NCBI RefSeq assembly: GCF_006345805.1
Contig: NC_043005.1
Coordinates: 82,894,001-82,958,000 of the forward strand
Length of the DNA stretch: 64,000 nt
Direction: 5' to 3'
DNA from: Octopus sinensis
Lineage: Eukaryota
The notes under the pieces were generated by a model. It made no database searches and was not told the DNA's origin. It worked only from the letters and a program-made list of their open reading frames with translations. Below, one piece after another: positions 51,335 through 64,000 of this stretch; the stretch's first letter is position 1; each line of letters begins with the position of its first letter. The translations under genes and the position numbers were made by a program.

Positions 51335-51461
51335 ATCTCCTGCAGTTACAGTGTGGGGCAAAGCATCTCCTGCAGTTACAGTGTGGGGCAAAGCATCTCC
51401 TGCAGTTACAGTGTGGGGCAAAGCATCTCCTGCAGTTACAGTGTGGGGCAAAGCATCTCCT
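51335..51461. repeat. 30 bp minisatellite, four perfect copies plus a partial
   Basis: ATCTCCTGCAGTTACAGTGTGGGGCAAAGC x4, no spacers. Confidence 0.97.
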
Positions 51462-51759
51462 ATATTTGTTTCACTTGGAGTTATGTACATCGCTTTTTCA
51501 AAGATATTACAGGCATACATAAGATGATTCGGTTTTAACAGATGTTTGTTGTAACCTAGTTTAGCATACACTTGGCTCGATGTTTGCTTTTTCCGACTTG
51601 CACAAAATAAAAATTATATCAACGATAATTTAGGCGAAAATGAGATGATATACGGTATGTTTTGTATTATTTGTGTTATTAGGAAGAATTTCTGTGCCAA
51701 AATTACGAAATGAAATATTTAATTGTAAATCTAAGAACACAATATATCGGGACTGTTGT

Positions 51760-51863
<104 letters not shown>

Positions 51864-52129
51864 GGCAGAATTGTTAGGAATATTCAGTGGTATATCCATG
51901 TGTGTAAAATATGTAGTTTTAATTTGTTTCATCCGGCAAACAGTCCAAGGTACGGACACATACGTAAGAGCCGAGAATATACATTACGGTAAAGATTATT
52001 CTAAAATAAGGAAACAAATTCATCAGTTCGATGTCTTCATTTCAGTTCCATATAGAGTAATAGAAAAAGTGATAGGAAATTATTCAATTGTATTGTTATG
52101 GCTTGAATCGTTACAAGCTCATTAAACTG

Positions 52130-52345
52130 GTGTTTATGCCAGTTTCCCTGGCGTATCCGGCACCAAGAGTACTATATTGCAGCCCCTTGAATGGAACACC
52201 ATTTCATTGCTGAGTTTGTTGTACGTCCTCATTTTCAGCTGAATGGCCAGCAAAAGATGAAAGGTGTTTCTCAAAAATACAATGCATTGCCCGGTCTTGT
52301 AATCGAAACAGCAACATTATGATCGAGTGACCAACACTCTAATCA
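52130..52345 (-). mobile_element. SINE family C, 5' part, diverged
   Basis: CAGTTTCCCTGGCGTA..CCCCTTGAATGGAACACCA..AATCGAAAC..CTAATCATTAGACCACG. Confidence 0.65.
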
Positions 52346-52745
52346 TTAGACCACGTCACACATTTTCACTTTATTATATTCTATTCCCGAATAAGGGGAC
52401 TCTGAATCACATCTTGAAACCGTCGACAGACAAGTAGGGAATATACATGACTTGGAAATAATATATATAGTCACTAAAAGGTAGCTTATAAAATTGGGTA
52501 GACACTTTCAAGAGCAGTAGGAAGCTGCAATGAAGATGTCTTTTTCCAGTTGTTCAACCTACAAATACTAGACAAATATTCATTCAAATCATACCGCAAC
52601 TCACTACAAAGGAATAATACATTGCACAAGTTAATAATGTTTACCTAATGACAAAAGGGGGCATAGCTGGGAGGTTTTTTACTGGATGAGAGATGACATA
52701 CAGTTAAATAAGAAAAGCAGCAACAACAACAATATCACTGTAATA

Positions 52746-53183
52746 ATTTGAACTCAGACGAAATACCTATTTCTTTACTACCCACAAGGGGCTAAACTCA
52801 GGGAGGACAAACAAGGACAGACAAACGGATTAAGTCGATTATATCGACCTCAGTGTGTAACTGGTACTTATTTAATCGACCCCGAAAGGATGAAAGGCAA
52901 AGTCGATCTCTACAGAATTTGAAATCAGAACGTAGCGGCAGACGAAATACCTATTTCTTTACTACCCACAAGTGGCTAAACACAGAGAGGACAAACAAGG
53001 ACAAACAAACGGTTTAAGTTATCATATCGACCTCAGTGCGTAATTGGTACTTATTTAATCGATCCCGAAAGGATGAAAGGAAAAGTCGACCTCGGCGGAA
53101 TTTGAACTCAGAACGTAACGGCAGTAGAAATACTGCTACGCATTTCGCCTGGCGTGCTAACGTTTCTGCCAGCTTGCCGCCTT
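52746..53183 (-). mobile_element. SINE family A, long form with internal ~170 bp tandem duplication
   Basis: Reverse complement of the 11343 type; GACGAAATACCTATTTCTTTACTACCCACAAG..GGATGAAAGG occurs twice. Confidence 0.92.
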
Positions 53184-54879
53184 AATAGCGTTGGTAATAT
53201 TAACTATGATCTGAATAAAAGTTAATGCAGTCAAGTGAGTTTCGTAATCGGTACGTGAAAGGGAAATGAGTAAATATTTAAGGACAAACCAGATATTCTG
53301 CAATTCAGCGATTCATTAGTTTGACACAATTGGACAGCTAAATTCAGAGGAATCTTTATTTAATGTACGAAAATTAACCAGGAATTATTCGTAAAGCACG
53401 TAATATTTTTTCTTATTGATTTACAACTTTAAGGTGAAGAAGTTGGAGAACATGCTTTTTCAAAGGACAAACGCGGTACAAGTGAGATAAAGGGATGTTA
53501 AATCTAGATTACGGTCTCGGCTTGCTTCGAAATTCACCCTTGATCACTGGCCGTATGAAACTAATTTTATACTACAGAACACATCGAAAACCTTTTGCCA
53601 GTTATTAGTTCCAGTTCAGCCAGGTGGACCAGACCGATGGTTATTTAAGCTATGACTATTTCATCTGTGCTTAAGATATAGTCAATGTAGGATTAAGTTA
53701 TACAGTAGGTTCTTCGTTGATTTTGATGTATTGATATGTTTCTAACATGTCGAGAGATCATTTATATGTTATTTCAATGACTCAAAGATAACAGATTAGT
53801 AAGTAACAAACATGTGTAGTTCATTGAGTCAGCCATACTACATGTCTGCAAAAAATTAAAGAGAAAGTCTGTTAAAGCCGGAGTTAAATCCAAGAACTGA
53901 TCAATGAAGTAACATATTCTATAAATACTGAGTTTTGTAATCAGTTGATGCGTATATTGTTACTATCTGTTGTCTCTTAATAACCTTTCCTTTAAATCTT
54001 CGGCTACTTATTTATCGCATGGTTATGATACGTTTATTTGCAAAACAAAAATACGTGGACGAAACATATATGATATGTGGAACTGACGCTTAGACAAAAG
54101 GAAGCTGATAGTAATTCGATAACGATCTTGTTGGATGGAATGTATGAAAAGACATAAAATTTGGAAATTATCTGTACCTTATATAGGTTGCACCCAAAGA
54201 TATTTTTGGCAAGTAAATGCACAAACAAGAACGCCTAAGTTTCAATCCCGTTTTTAAGTAATCATGCAGGAAATAACTTATTAACTACACTATTTCAAAG
54301 CTCCTTAATATGTTAGAGACTCTCCGGTTTCTTATTATAAATCTTTTCATGTGAATGCATAACACTCGCCAAGTTATTCAATCGAAGTATGGCCTATAAT
54401 AAACCAATGAAAACAATTTGCACTTACGGTCAATAGTGCCGTTGTTAAATTCTCCTTAATCTGAAATTCTGCAGGTTACATTGCTAACGCTTGCACGAAT
54501 TTTTTTTTTTAATTTTTTTTTATTCTGTAATCTGTTCAACCTCTTATATTTCCAAATAGTTTGCTTACAGCTAAATGACTTTCTCTATTTAGATTATATA
54601 AGGCGATATATTAATGCATTCAAGTGATAAATGGGCTGAAATTGTTGGAAATATTTTATACGTTTTCTTCACTGAACGCTATTATAGAATTCTGACATCA
54701 CCTTAGTTTGGCAATACCGGTTTTGTTCTATAATCAATTTACATCATTATTCATATAATTCTTTTATCGATTGCTTGAGATTTGCAAAGGCTCCCAAGTC
54801 AAGATAACCGTTTCGATTTTCTAAAACCTCATAATATATGTATTACAATTATATTGGGATTAAATAAAATTCTTAAAGG

Positions 54880-55350
54880 CATAGTGTATGGTAAAACAGT
54901 TTGGTCATTTAGTAACCAAATCGTTTCGAGTTCAGTCCCATTGCGCAGCAACTTGGACAAAGGTTTTCTTCTACTGTCCCGAACAAGGGTTTCCTACTAT
55001 GCCTCATGAGTGAATTCGGTTGGCGAAAAATCGTGTGGAAGCCCATCGTGTGTGTGTGTGTGTGTGTGAGTGCGTGTGTATGTGTGTGTGCTTGTGTGTA
55101 TGCTTGTGTGTGTGCACGCGCGCATTTGTATATGTGATTGTATATTTTTCTGTGTTTGTCTCAGTCTCCCACTGCTTGAAAACAGGCGCTGGTTTGTTCA
55201 TGTCCCCGTAGCATAGCGGTTCGACAAAAATGACTGATAGAATAATAAGTACAAGTCTTCAAAAAAATAAATACTTGGGCAAATTTGTTCAACTAATCCT
55301 TTCAAGGCGATGATCATCATGACTACAATCTTATGGCTGAAACAAGTCAA
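54880..55350 (+). mobile_element. SINE family B, diverged
   Basis: GAGTTCAGTCCCATTGCG, internal (TG)n, CACTGCTTGAAAACAGG, CATGTCCCCGTAGCATAGCGGTTCG and GCTGAAACAAGT. Confidence 0.75.
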
Positions 55351-56249
55351 ACAAAATATATATTATTCTATTGTTTAGACTGAAATCGATTTGAAATCAG
55401 CGGTGTATAGCTATCTTTCGATAGCTTTCGTTGCTGAGTTCATTTCCTATGGTGAGTATAACATGCAGGAAGAGAGTAATATTACAAAAATGAACTCTTT
55501 ACATATATACTGGTCTTGTACAGCTAATGATGCTTAGGAATTCATTCATTATTTCGGCGAGTACAATAAAGGATATGCTTCGTTGACGTGATATATACGA
55601 AGCTGTCTCCCATACAAGCATTCACAATATTAGTCATTGCTAAATACTACTTTCTTCTAAATATATCACTTGAAGTTTACCCAGGTAGTATGTAAAATTA
55701 GATTGAAGAGGAGTGAAATTAAATACGATAATGCATTTAGGCCAATATCTTATCGTTTCTTCTCGGAATATATTCAAATAATATCGTATTCATTCAGAAT
55801 AATTTTCTGGATTATTATTAGAGATTCACTTACACATAGGCTACATTTTCGTGATATTTTTCGACACTATCACATGCGGATTCTTTAAAATTCAGTGTGT
55901 TATAATTTCAATTTTCCTTTACGACTTCGCATTGTATCAAAATGCATAAACCTTCGCTTTTCAGAAGAATTTGAAATGTTATGTCCAATAGTTTGCAAAC
56001 AATATAGTAAGTATAGCCTTGTCTCTGATTAAGAAATTATTGGCTTACAAGATATGAAAACACCTTTACGATAGAATTCCATTGAAAAATTACTAGAAGG
56101 ACTTCCCTTTTTCTAACCTTCACATATTAAATACTGTTTCTCGCTACGAGGCGTAGCATGCCATAAGATATTGAATGCATTCGTAAGATACACTGTGCAA
56201 TGATGCTTATCAAGTGACATGTTATTGATAAAGCAATTTGTCTCGCGTC

Positions 56250-56500
56250 CTAGGACTCAAAGAGCTGGTTACCTGGTTTTATGGCATTTAAGTGACAGAG
56301 ATCACAATACTGCTCCTTAACCCCTGTACAAGATGCGGATCCATTACAGGTTTACTCACTTACAGTTGAGTGGATTGGGGCAATATGTAATGAAGTGGTT
56401 TTCTCAAGAACAAAACAGACCACTCGTCTTAGGAACCATACTCACGATCTTGCGCTTGTAAGTGCAATACCCAAACCATAAAGGCCATGCGCCTTCACCA
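56250..56500 (-). mobile_element. SINE family C, 5' part, diverged
   Basis: GAGTGGATTGGGGCAAT..TGAAGTGGTTTTCTCAAGAA..AAGGCCATGCGCC. Confidence 0.65.
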
Positions 56501-58104
56501 TCTTATAAATACGACTTTCTATGGCACTTGAAATTGTACTAATATGGACTACTGTACTTGTAAATCATTTCCTCGCCACATGCACACATTTTGTGACATC
56601 GCCTAGCATGAGCGCAGCACTTAAAACTTTAAATTAACTTAAAGTATATTCTTCACCCTTAAGAAATATTAAAGCGCAGCATTGTCTGTAGGAGAGTAAT
56701 ATTGTCGTGTGATACAAGCATAAGTTGCATTTGGTTTAAATCGGTGTCCACCATTAAACAAACCAATATGTTAAAAATAGAATTTGTATGAACCAATTTT
56801 GATGAGAGTGAAATTATAAAACCACAGAAAGTTAAATACGATAGTGAAGAACTGCCTCTGAAAAAAATGAATTACAGATTGCCTCTTCTGCATACACAAA
56901 AAATACTTTCAACATCAAGTTGTTCGTTGTTAGAACTAATATCCTTCTCATACCCAAATCATTATATGAAATATACAGAAAGAATTTTCGACTTCATTTA
57001 TTCCATATGTGCACGATTGGCTGTGTATAAGCGCAGTCATAGCTATGTCATTTATAATTTCGTTTCACAAACAATGCGCAGCAATTCGAGCAAACATCTT
57101 ACACTTTCTCTTTGAGCCGACCAAAGTTTTGCGAGTATATTCGTTAGACGGAAACTGCTATTTTATTTTTTCAACTATGGAAAATGCAATACAAAACGAA
57201 CTCCCAGTTTTGTTAGTGCAATTAATAAGCTTTGATAAAACAATGGAAATGAATTTTGAGTTTCATTTTAAATTATTTTATTATATATCTTCTTAGTAAA
57301 AATATACATCATCTTCTTGAAAAGATATGTTTAAAAAAATGGAACTGTGTTTTCATTAGTGATATAAATAATTGTTGAAATAAATTGTGTATATCTAATA
57401 ACATAACTGGCTGTTATTTTTAGCACACACCTTATTTTTATATCCAGTCTCTTCAAGAAAAGTGAAATACTCTGTCAGAAAAAGAGTTCCAAAAAAAAAA
57501 AAACAGTATTGTGTATAATCATTCGCAGGTTTGAACGTGAACAAGCTAATCGTTGGTGTATTTCGCCTCCAAAGAACAACTTCTCCCATCATGCAATATG
57601 TCAACACATTCGCTTTTATTGATAAAACACTCGATGTAGTGAATGAGGAGGAAATTAACTCTCTGGTGTGTCCGTTTCATTGTGTCTCTTTAATCAAATC
57701 TACCCACGAAGAAGTACAACAATTATTAGCATATTCACGTTCAAATACGTCGGACTGTTTAAAGAATGAATACGGTGTTCATCGATTTAATTCTCGCTAT
57801 TTTACGCGCTCGAAATAATTCAATTTCTATAAACCTGAATAAAGTCAGGTTTACAAATAAATAACATAACATAGTATCTCTGTGCTCAGGAAAATACATT
57901 GTAAATGGGGTTTGAGTTTCCCGTTCACTGACCTGTGATGTATGACTGTTGAGAAGCGTATCATTCTAGACGAAATTAATTTATATTTGTTAGGTTACTT
58001 AATGTTGTTTGCTATATAACAGGCCTCAGAAATGTGTGTATTAGGAGATGTGGTAGAACATGCGGGTTAAGAAAGTTAGTGTAATTGAGGATATAATTAC
58101 ATTT

Positions 58105-58385
58105 TACCTTTTTTTTTTGCTTCAGTCATTAGACTGTCGCCATACTGGGGCACTGCGTTGAAGACTTTTAGTCGAACGAATCGACCGCAGCACAATTTAA
58201 AGCCTTGTAGTTATTCTGTCGGTATTTCTCTTATTGAATCGCTACATTACAGGCATGCAAACACACCAACACCGGTTGTCAAATGGTGGCGGGGGACAAA
58301 CAGATACAAAGACGCACACACATAAATATATGTATATATACCACGTAGTGGAACGGAACCTGGAATCACGTACTTGGGAATAGTT
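58105..58385 (-). mobile_element. SINE family B, internally deleted
   Basis: TTCAGTCATTAGACTGTCGCCATACTGGGGCACTGC (tail reverse complement), CCGGTTGTCAA and GGAACGGAACCTGGAA (head reverse complement). Confidence 0.75.
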
Positions 58386-58899
58386 GCTTATAATTTTTGC
58401 TGCGCATATGATTCTCGTTCCTAACAACTGCGATACGATTTTAGACAGCAATAAATGTAAACAACATATATACTGAAACACCTGCACGTAGCAAGATTTT
58501 TAAGTGTCTAAACATTACATTGAATAAACTTCTCAGCAAATTGTAGCTCTACATGGAAGTATATTTACAACCCTACCCACCATCGCTAACAACACTATCT
58601 TTTCATTAAGTATTCATACACAGAAACGGAATATCAACACGACTGCATCATTGACTGATAAGAAAGTTGAGATGTTTAATTATTTATTAGTTTTAAATGT
58701 ATATCTATAAACTACGTCGTTCAGCAAATAAACTTGAAGTAATACATAGCAGAAAGTTGCACAGTCGTAGTATTGCAAGACTTACAGTAATGTAAAATAC
58801 AAAAAAAATGCAAACTTAAGTAGGATGTCTGTAATAATCGTTTTTGTGGATCTAGCAGGAAAATCGTGTTACGGAGTGAGTGTGTGTATATAAACTGAG

Positions 58900-59150
58900 A
58901 AGAAATATCCTTCCCGAGCCGTGTGCTTATAAGAGCACTTGCTTGGATTTTGTGGTTTATATATTCCACCAAACCTAATTGGAAAACCCGGTCCATTGCA
59001 GGATGACTCGTTTTTGCCACTTGAGTGGATTGGGGCAACGTGAAATGAAGTGTTTTTCTCAAGAACTCGAGGTATCGCTCGGTCCAGGAATCGAAGCTGT
59101 GACCAAACGATCATGTGTGAAACACCGTAAACACTAATCCACACACCCTG
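58900..59150 (-). mobile_element. SINE family C fragment
   Basis: GAGTGGATTGGGGCAACGTGAAATGAAGTGTTTTCTCAAG..GGAATCGAA. Confidence 0.7.
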
Positions 59151-59539
59151 AATATAAACAAATATATATACATACACAAAATTACGCGTGTGTGTGTGCA
59201 TGTGTGTGTGTGTGTGTGTGTGTGAATTAATGTTTGCTGTCATATGAAGCTATAGATATAAATAATTTAACTCAAAGCTGAAGGATTACTCAATGCTTTT
59301 TGGTAGACTACATGCCAATTCATTTTTAGATGGATAAGGTTGACAGTGATCATCGAAGTTTCCGTTACTCAATCCAAAACTTCGTAAAACCAGAAAGAAC
59401 CAGAGTAAATCGCACTTCGATTACAGCTGGTAAGTCGAAGCTTTGAAGTTTTGTCAAACTTCTCCGTGTAAATATATATAAATAAGAATGCAACATCATT
59501 CTCGATCCCAATAGTCCCGATTTCCGTATCTTATATATA

Positions 59540-59725
59540 AATAGTCCCTAGTCGGGACGCCAGTCCGTATCCGTCACAGGGTTTCTCATTTTTGTCAGCT
59601 GAGTAGATTTGAGCAACTTGAAGTGAATTTGCTCAAGATCACAGCGCCCGTTCCATGAATTGAACGCACAATGTTATAATCATAAGTCTAACAGCCTAGC
59701 GACTAGGCCAGATGCCTCCACCTGT
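59540..59725 (-). mobile_element. SINE family C fragment, diverged
   Basis: GACGCCAGTCCGT..CTGAGTAGATTTGAGCAAC..TTGCTCAAG..CTAGGCCAGATGCC. Confidence 0.6.
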
Positions 59726-60226
59726 GTAAAATAAATATCTGCGTGTATGTGTATATGTGTATATATGTATGTCGTTATTAGGTTTTATTTCAAGATTTCT
59801 TGCCAACAGACAATGGTTTCTAATGGATGGATCGATCGATCGATTACAGCATAGAAGACACAAATTAGTCATTCAAAAACACACAATGACTACGAACTTC
59901 ACTTAAACATTTATTACTTAGTGTCATAATTTTCGTCACACCAACTGCGGCCAGGTCACTGGTGCAAATCCATTACATCTCAGTAGACCCCCCTTTTCGT
60001 ACACAGAAAATAATGAATGTTTAAGTAAGGTTAAAAGTCTTCGTGTGTTCTTGGATGGCTGCGGGTGTCTTTCAAGCTGTAATTATTTAATTTCAAACCA
60101 TGGTCTCAAATCAAATTACTTGCCTGAAAAAGTATGAAAAAATATATTGGTTTTGACTTGTAACTTTTCAAGAACTATTTGTCGACGAACGATTATAGAT
60201 TATAAGTTTACACCCTTTTCTTCGTC

Positions 60227-60321
<95 letters not shown>

Positions 60322-60357
60322 GGCGGCGGCGGTGGTGGTGGTGTTGGAGGTGGTGGC

Positions 60358-60403
<46 letters not shown>

Positions 60404-60411
60404 CTAGTAGT
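60227..60411. repeat. Compound microsatellite GTA-GCA-GCG-GTG-GTA
   Basis: Direct inspection. Confidence 0.97.
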
Positions 60412-61298
60412 AAATCGAGTGACGGACTAAGTGACTGATTTTTCCAAACAGCTTCCTTCTATCAAATTGCTTCCACATTTTGATCGATATGAATTTTTGG
60501 CAGAGTGATGCGCAACCGAATCGATTCCAAAGCCAGCTAATTGAAATTATTTTCCAATTAGAGAAGAGGCAAAATGTTTTATACTTTAGAGAAAATAAAC
60601 CAGGAGATAGTGATGGCCATACTGTTTGGCAAATTCCTTAATTGTTGAAAGAGGGATACATTAAATGGGAACAGAAGCTGGAACAGAATCTTGAGGAGCA
60701 GAACCTTATTTAATTTTCTTAAACTCTGACTCATTATCGATAATCTTTGATTTCTCAGATTGCCTTTAAGGTACTTTTATTTATTTACATTACTTCCAAG
60801 GTCACAAATATGCTTGAAAAAGTATAACTTATAGTCGATCTAACTGATGCAGAATATATTTAGCATTTACTATATACAGAAGCTGAAGAAGGCAAGAAAT
60901 TTAAATCAGGATGTAAGAACTCGTGAAGAAAGAATATCAGGCATTCATTTCAGTCGCTCTACCACGTTTAAAAGTGTTTAATTTTGTCTGTCGTAAAAAC
61001 TTAGAAATTATTTATTGAACCCCTTTCAGGTCCATCCACGGCAGCACCACGAATGAAAATTTTGCTTTTAAAAAATTTCACCATCACTACACCATCGTGC
61101 ATTTGATATGAATGGATATCGAATCATTCACGAACATGTACATATGTATGTATGTATGAATGTATATATGTATGTATTTATGTATGTATGTATGTATGTA
61201 TGTATGTATGTATATATGTATGTATGTATGTGTGTGTGCACGTATGTATGTATGTATATATGTCGGTCTGTGGCGTAATGACCCTCTCAAGCCACAGC

Positions 61299-61356
<58 letters not shown>

Positions 61357-61862
61357 GTGTGTGTGTATCAGAGGCAACACCAGGCGTCACTCAGGATCAT
61401 AACAGATTTTGCATAAGACGCATGCCTCCACGTAGTATATCACGTTTTTCCGCATTATTTCTAGGTACAAATGGCTTTTTTTTATATCTAGCACAATGTC
61501 TTTATCCAGTTAGGGGTTAAAATAAAGCAATCCTGCAAAGCACAACTGATCTTTGCACAACAGACGCACAGAATAACACCAATCAAATAACGACAGCGGA
61601 GTGCACAACGCACATCAGCGATCTAACTTTTGACAAGAGATGCCAGTTAGTTTTTACACCTACTAGGCTCGTTCGTATTAGCCCGAGTTGCTGGATAAAT
61701 TTTCGTTCCTTTAAGAATATTGTAGAACGGCAATTTTTCATAGATTGGAATTTAAATCCTAATCTCTGTAGATTCGATTATATTGCAAATGTACATACAA
61801 GTGAAATACACATATTTGGAATATGACACATGATATGCATATCATTGAACTTGAATACCGAC

Positions 61863-61917
<55 letters not shown>

Positions 61918-62015
61918 TTGGTATTATTATACATTCATCCTGAAATATTATTCTATAATGGGAGGTTGGTGTACATACAATTTAAGAGAGTTGCTATCAA
62001 AGGAAGGAAATAATG

Positions 62016-62046
<31 letters not shown>

Positions 62047-64000
62047 TAATAATAATAATAATAATAATAATATACATGCGTATATGGTGTGTGTTTCCTA
62101 TATTGTCATAAATTTAGCTTTTAATCACATTTTCGATAACAAAAGCCCACGCACTAATAAATGGATCTGATAGCATGAATCAAAACGTGGTAGTTCGTTT
62201 ACTATCTTCCGGTGAGATGGCGCTCCCAGCAGACACAGTAATCAGGTATTCAACCGTATGTAACTTCTGTTCAATATATTTCCGATTTTTACTTTTCGTT
62301 TCTATTCTATCCACGAGATCGTTGCATTTAATCATACTTGTCTTTGTATGAGCAACTGAAATAAAAATGATAATCCAAGATAATGTTCCATTACATCAAT
62401 TCTTACAAACCATAGACTTTCGGGGCAATATTTTCACATTAACGAAACCGGATGACATAGGTATGACAATATCACGTCGCAAGAGTAAATAAGATATCAG
62501 ACTGTGATGATAGAGGATTGAACTGCATTATTACCATTAAAAACGGAAACGCACCGAACTAAATGCCTTCGAGCCATGTTTTCCCAGTTGCGTAGTAATG
62601 TTTCCGAGGTTGGAGCATTACGATTGCTTAAACTAACGATTCAAATTAAGCTATTTTTGATTTAGCTGTTCGAAAAATTGTAACACATTTAGAATTGTTA
62701 TTTTATTTGATGCTGTTCGCTCTAAACGCCTAGGAATTGCTATTGGATAAAAACCAATGAGCTTCGTAAGGCGTACAGTCAAGTTCATGGTGGACGTAAC
62801 ACGGTTTCGTGTTGTTTCTGTTGAGTTCATTTTACACCATGCGATAATTTCCAAGTAACGTTTCGTCTCTCCTGGACGAGTAAAATACATATCATTAATA
62901 TACTAAATATATTCTGTCGACTAACCAGAATACTAACTCCGTTAAACGTATGTATTGTGTGAGTGAACCGTAACTAAGACGCAGTAGAGGGAAGATAGAA
63001 AGAGAGTTAAAATACGAGGTGCAGGATGAATGAAGGGGAAGAAACATGGGAAGTTGAAGAGAAATCGCAATAAATTAACGAGTAGTTATGAGAGAATTTG
63101 TACCAATGAAAAATTTGTCTTATTCAATTTTATGTTAAGGGTATATATATATTTTTTTGAAAATATGCTTTCATTTCATCCATTAATACAGGTATCATAA
63201 CATTTGTTAACAATTTAATTATAACTATTGTATGTATGCCATATTTCTTGATATTGCCCATGGTGTAAATAGTATGCTTTCAAAATGATTTCATATGATG
63301 TGTAACACCCTAGTTGAAATATATTCGGTCCAGCACTCTATTTCTGCCACTCACCACTCTTTTTACTTCAAGAAGGTCGAAAAACCGGTCACATCGAATC
63401 GAAAACAATATCGGGATAGTTTATCAAAGACCAGATTTCCGTTTAGTAAAACAAAAAACGGAATTAAATTCAAGAGAATCGTTTCACAGGAATTCTTGCA
63501 CGGTATATACAATAATAACCTTGACCTGTAGCCTTACTTATCAATTCGAAATAGATAATCGGTTGTTCACATCAGTTTACATATCTTCTATAATACAATA
63601 TAAGTAATCTTTTAATTCGTTCGTGTTTATACACGTCAGAAACCAAGAGAGATTTGGTTCCATGTGAGATTTACTTATATTATAGAAGAGACTTTGCATA
63701 CTTTATCCCTTAAAAGAGATGGAAAATTAAGCTGCTTAAAGAAGTGGTAAATATAATCGATTAATACTTTTTATGTTTGTCGTGTTCTTGTTTTGCATCA
63801 AGTTGGTCCTGATCAAATTGATTAATGATCAAGAAGATTCCACTTGTGACCCCCTATCTTTGAAGAGATGTGTTTTGTACGACTACAGTCTTAAGAAAGT
63901 CGACCGTCGGATATGAGAAAACTGTAGTATAAACTACTTGTAGGACGAACAACCGAGTGAGGGCAACCTCATGGGCTATTCGTAACATTGGCGGCAAATT

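Noticed and set aside
51335-51461. 30 bp repeats as a CRISPR array
   Set aside because: Units are contiguous with no spacers, no cas genes are present and the context is eukaryotic.
62845-62890. GAAACGTTA with a small hairpin on the minus strand as a third hammerhead
   Set aside because: No CUGANGA-like core upstream and no helix I pairing.

Overview
AT-rich, microsatellite-saturated eukaryotic non-coding DNA with no recognisable host exon, rRNA, true tRNA gene or CRISPR array. The SINE families and microsatellite load suggest an octopus or other cephalopod genome (inference). Almost all ORF-track entries are microsatellite translations or off-frame reads of decayed retroelements. Recognisable content: three tRNA-derived SINE families (called A, B, C here), RTE, CR1-like and R4/Dong-like LINE fragments, a Penelope-like RT fragment, a Gypsy protease remnant and a hAT-like end. 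The most notable object is a ~720 bp non-coding element at 8487-9205 inserted in (TA)n. It is built from a ~362 bp tandem unit plus an inverted arm, and it carries a type I hammerhead ribozyme fold (8651-8712, minus strand) with a compensatory U3-A8 core pair and a palindromic helix III, resembling a retrozyme or Penelope pLTR. A second, degenerate hammerhead lies at 33239-33273. Also notable: R4/Dong 3' ends in (TACA)n and (TAA)n tracts, a SINE-B tail shared with a CR1-like LINE 3' end, and several AT-centred inverted duplications including a perfect ~150 bp-arm palindrome at 30002-30312. All alignments and translations were done by eye, so repeat boundaries are approximate.
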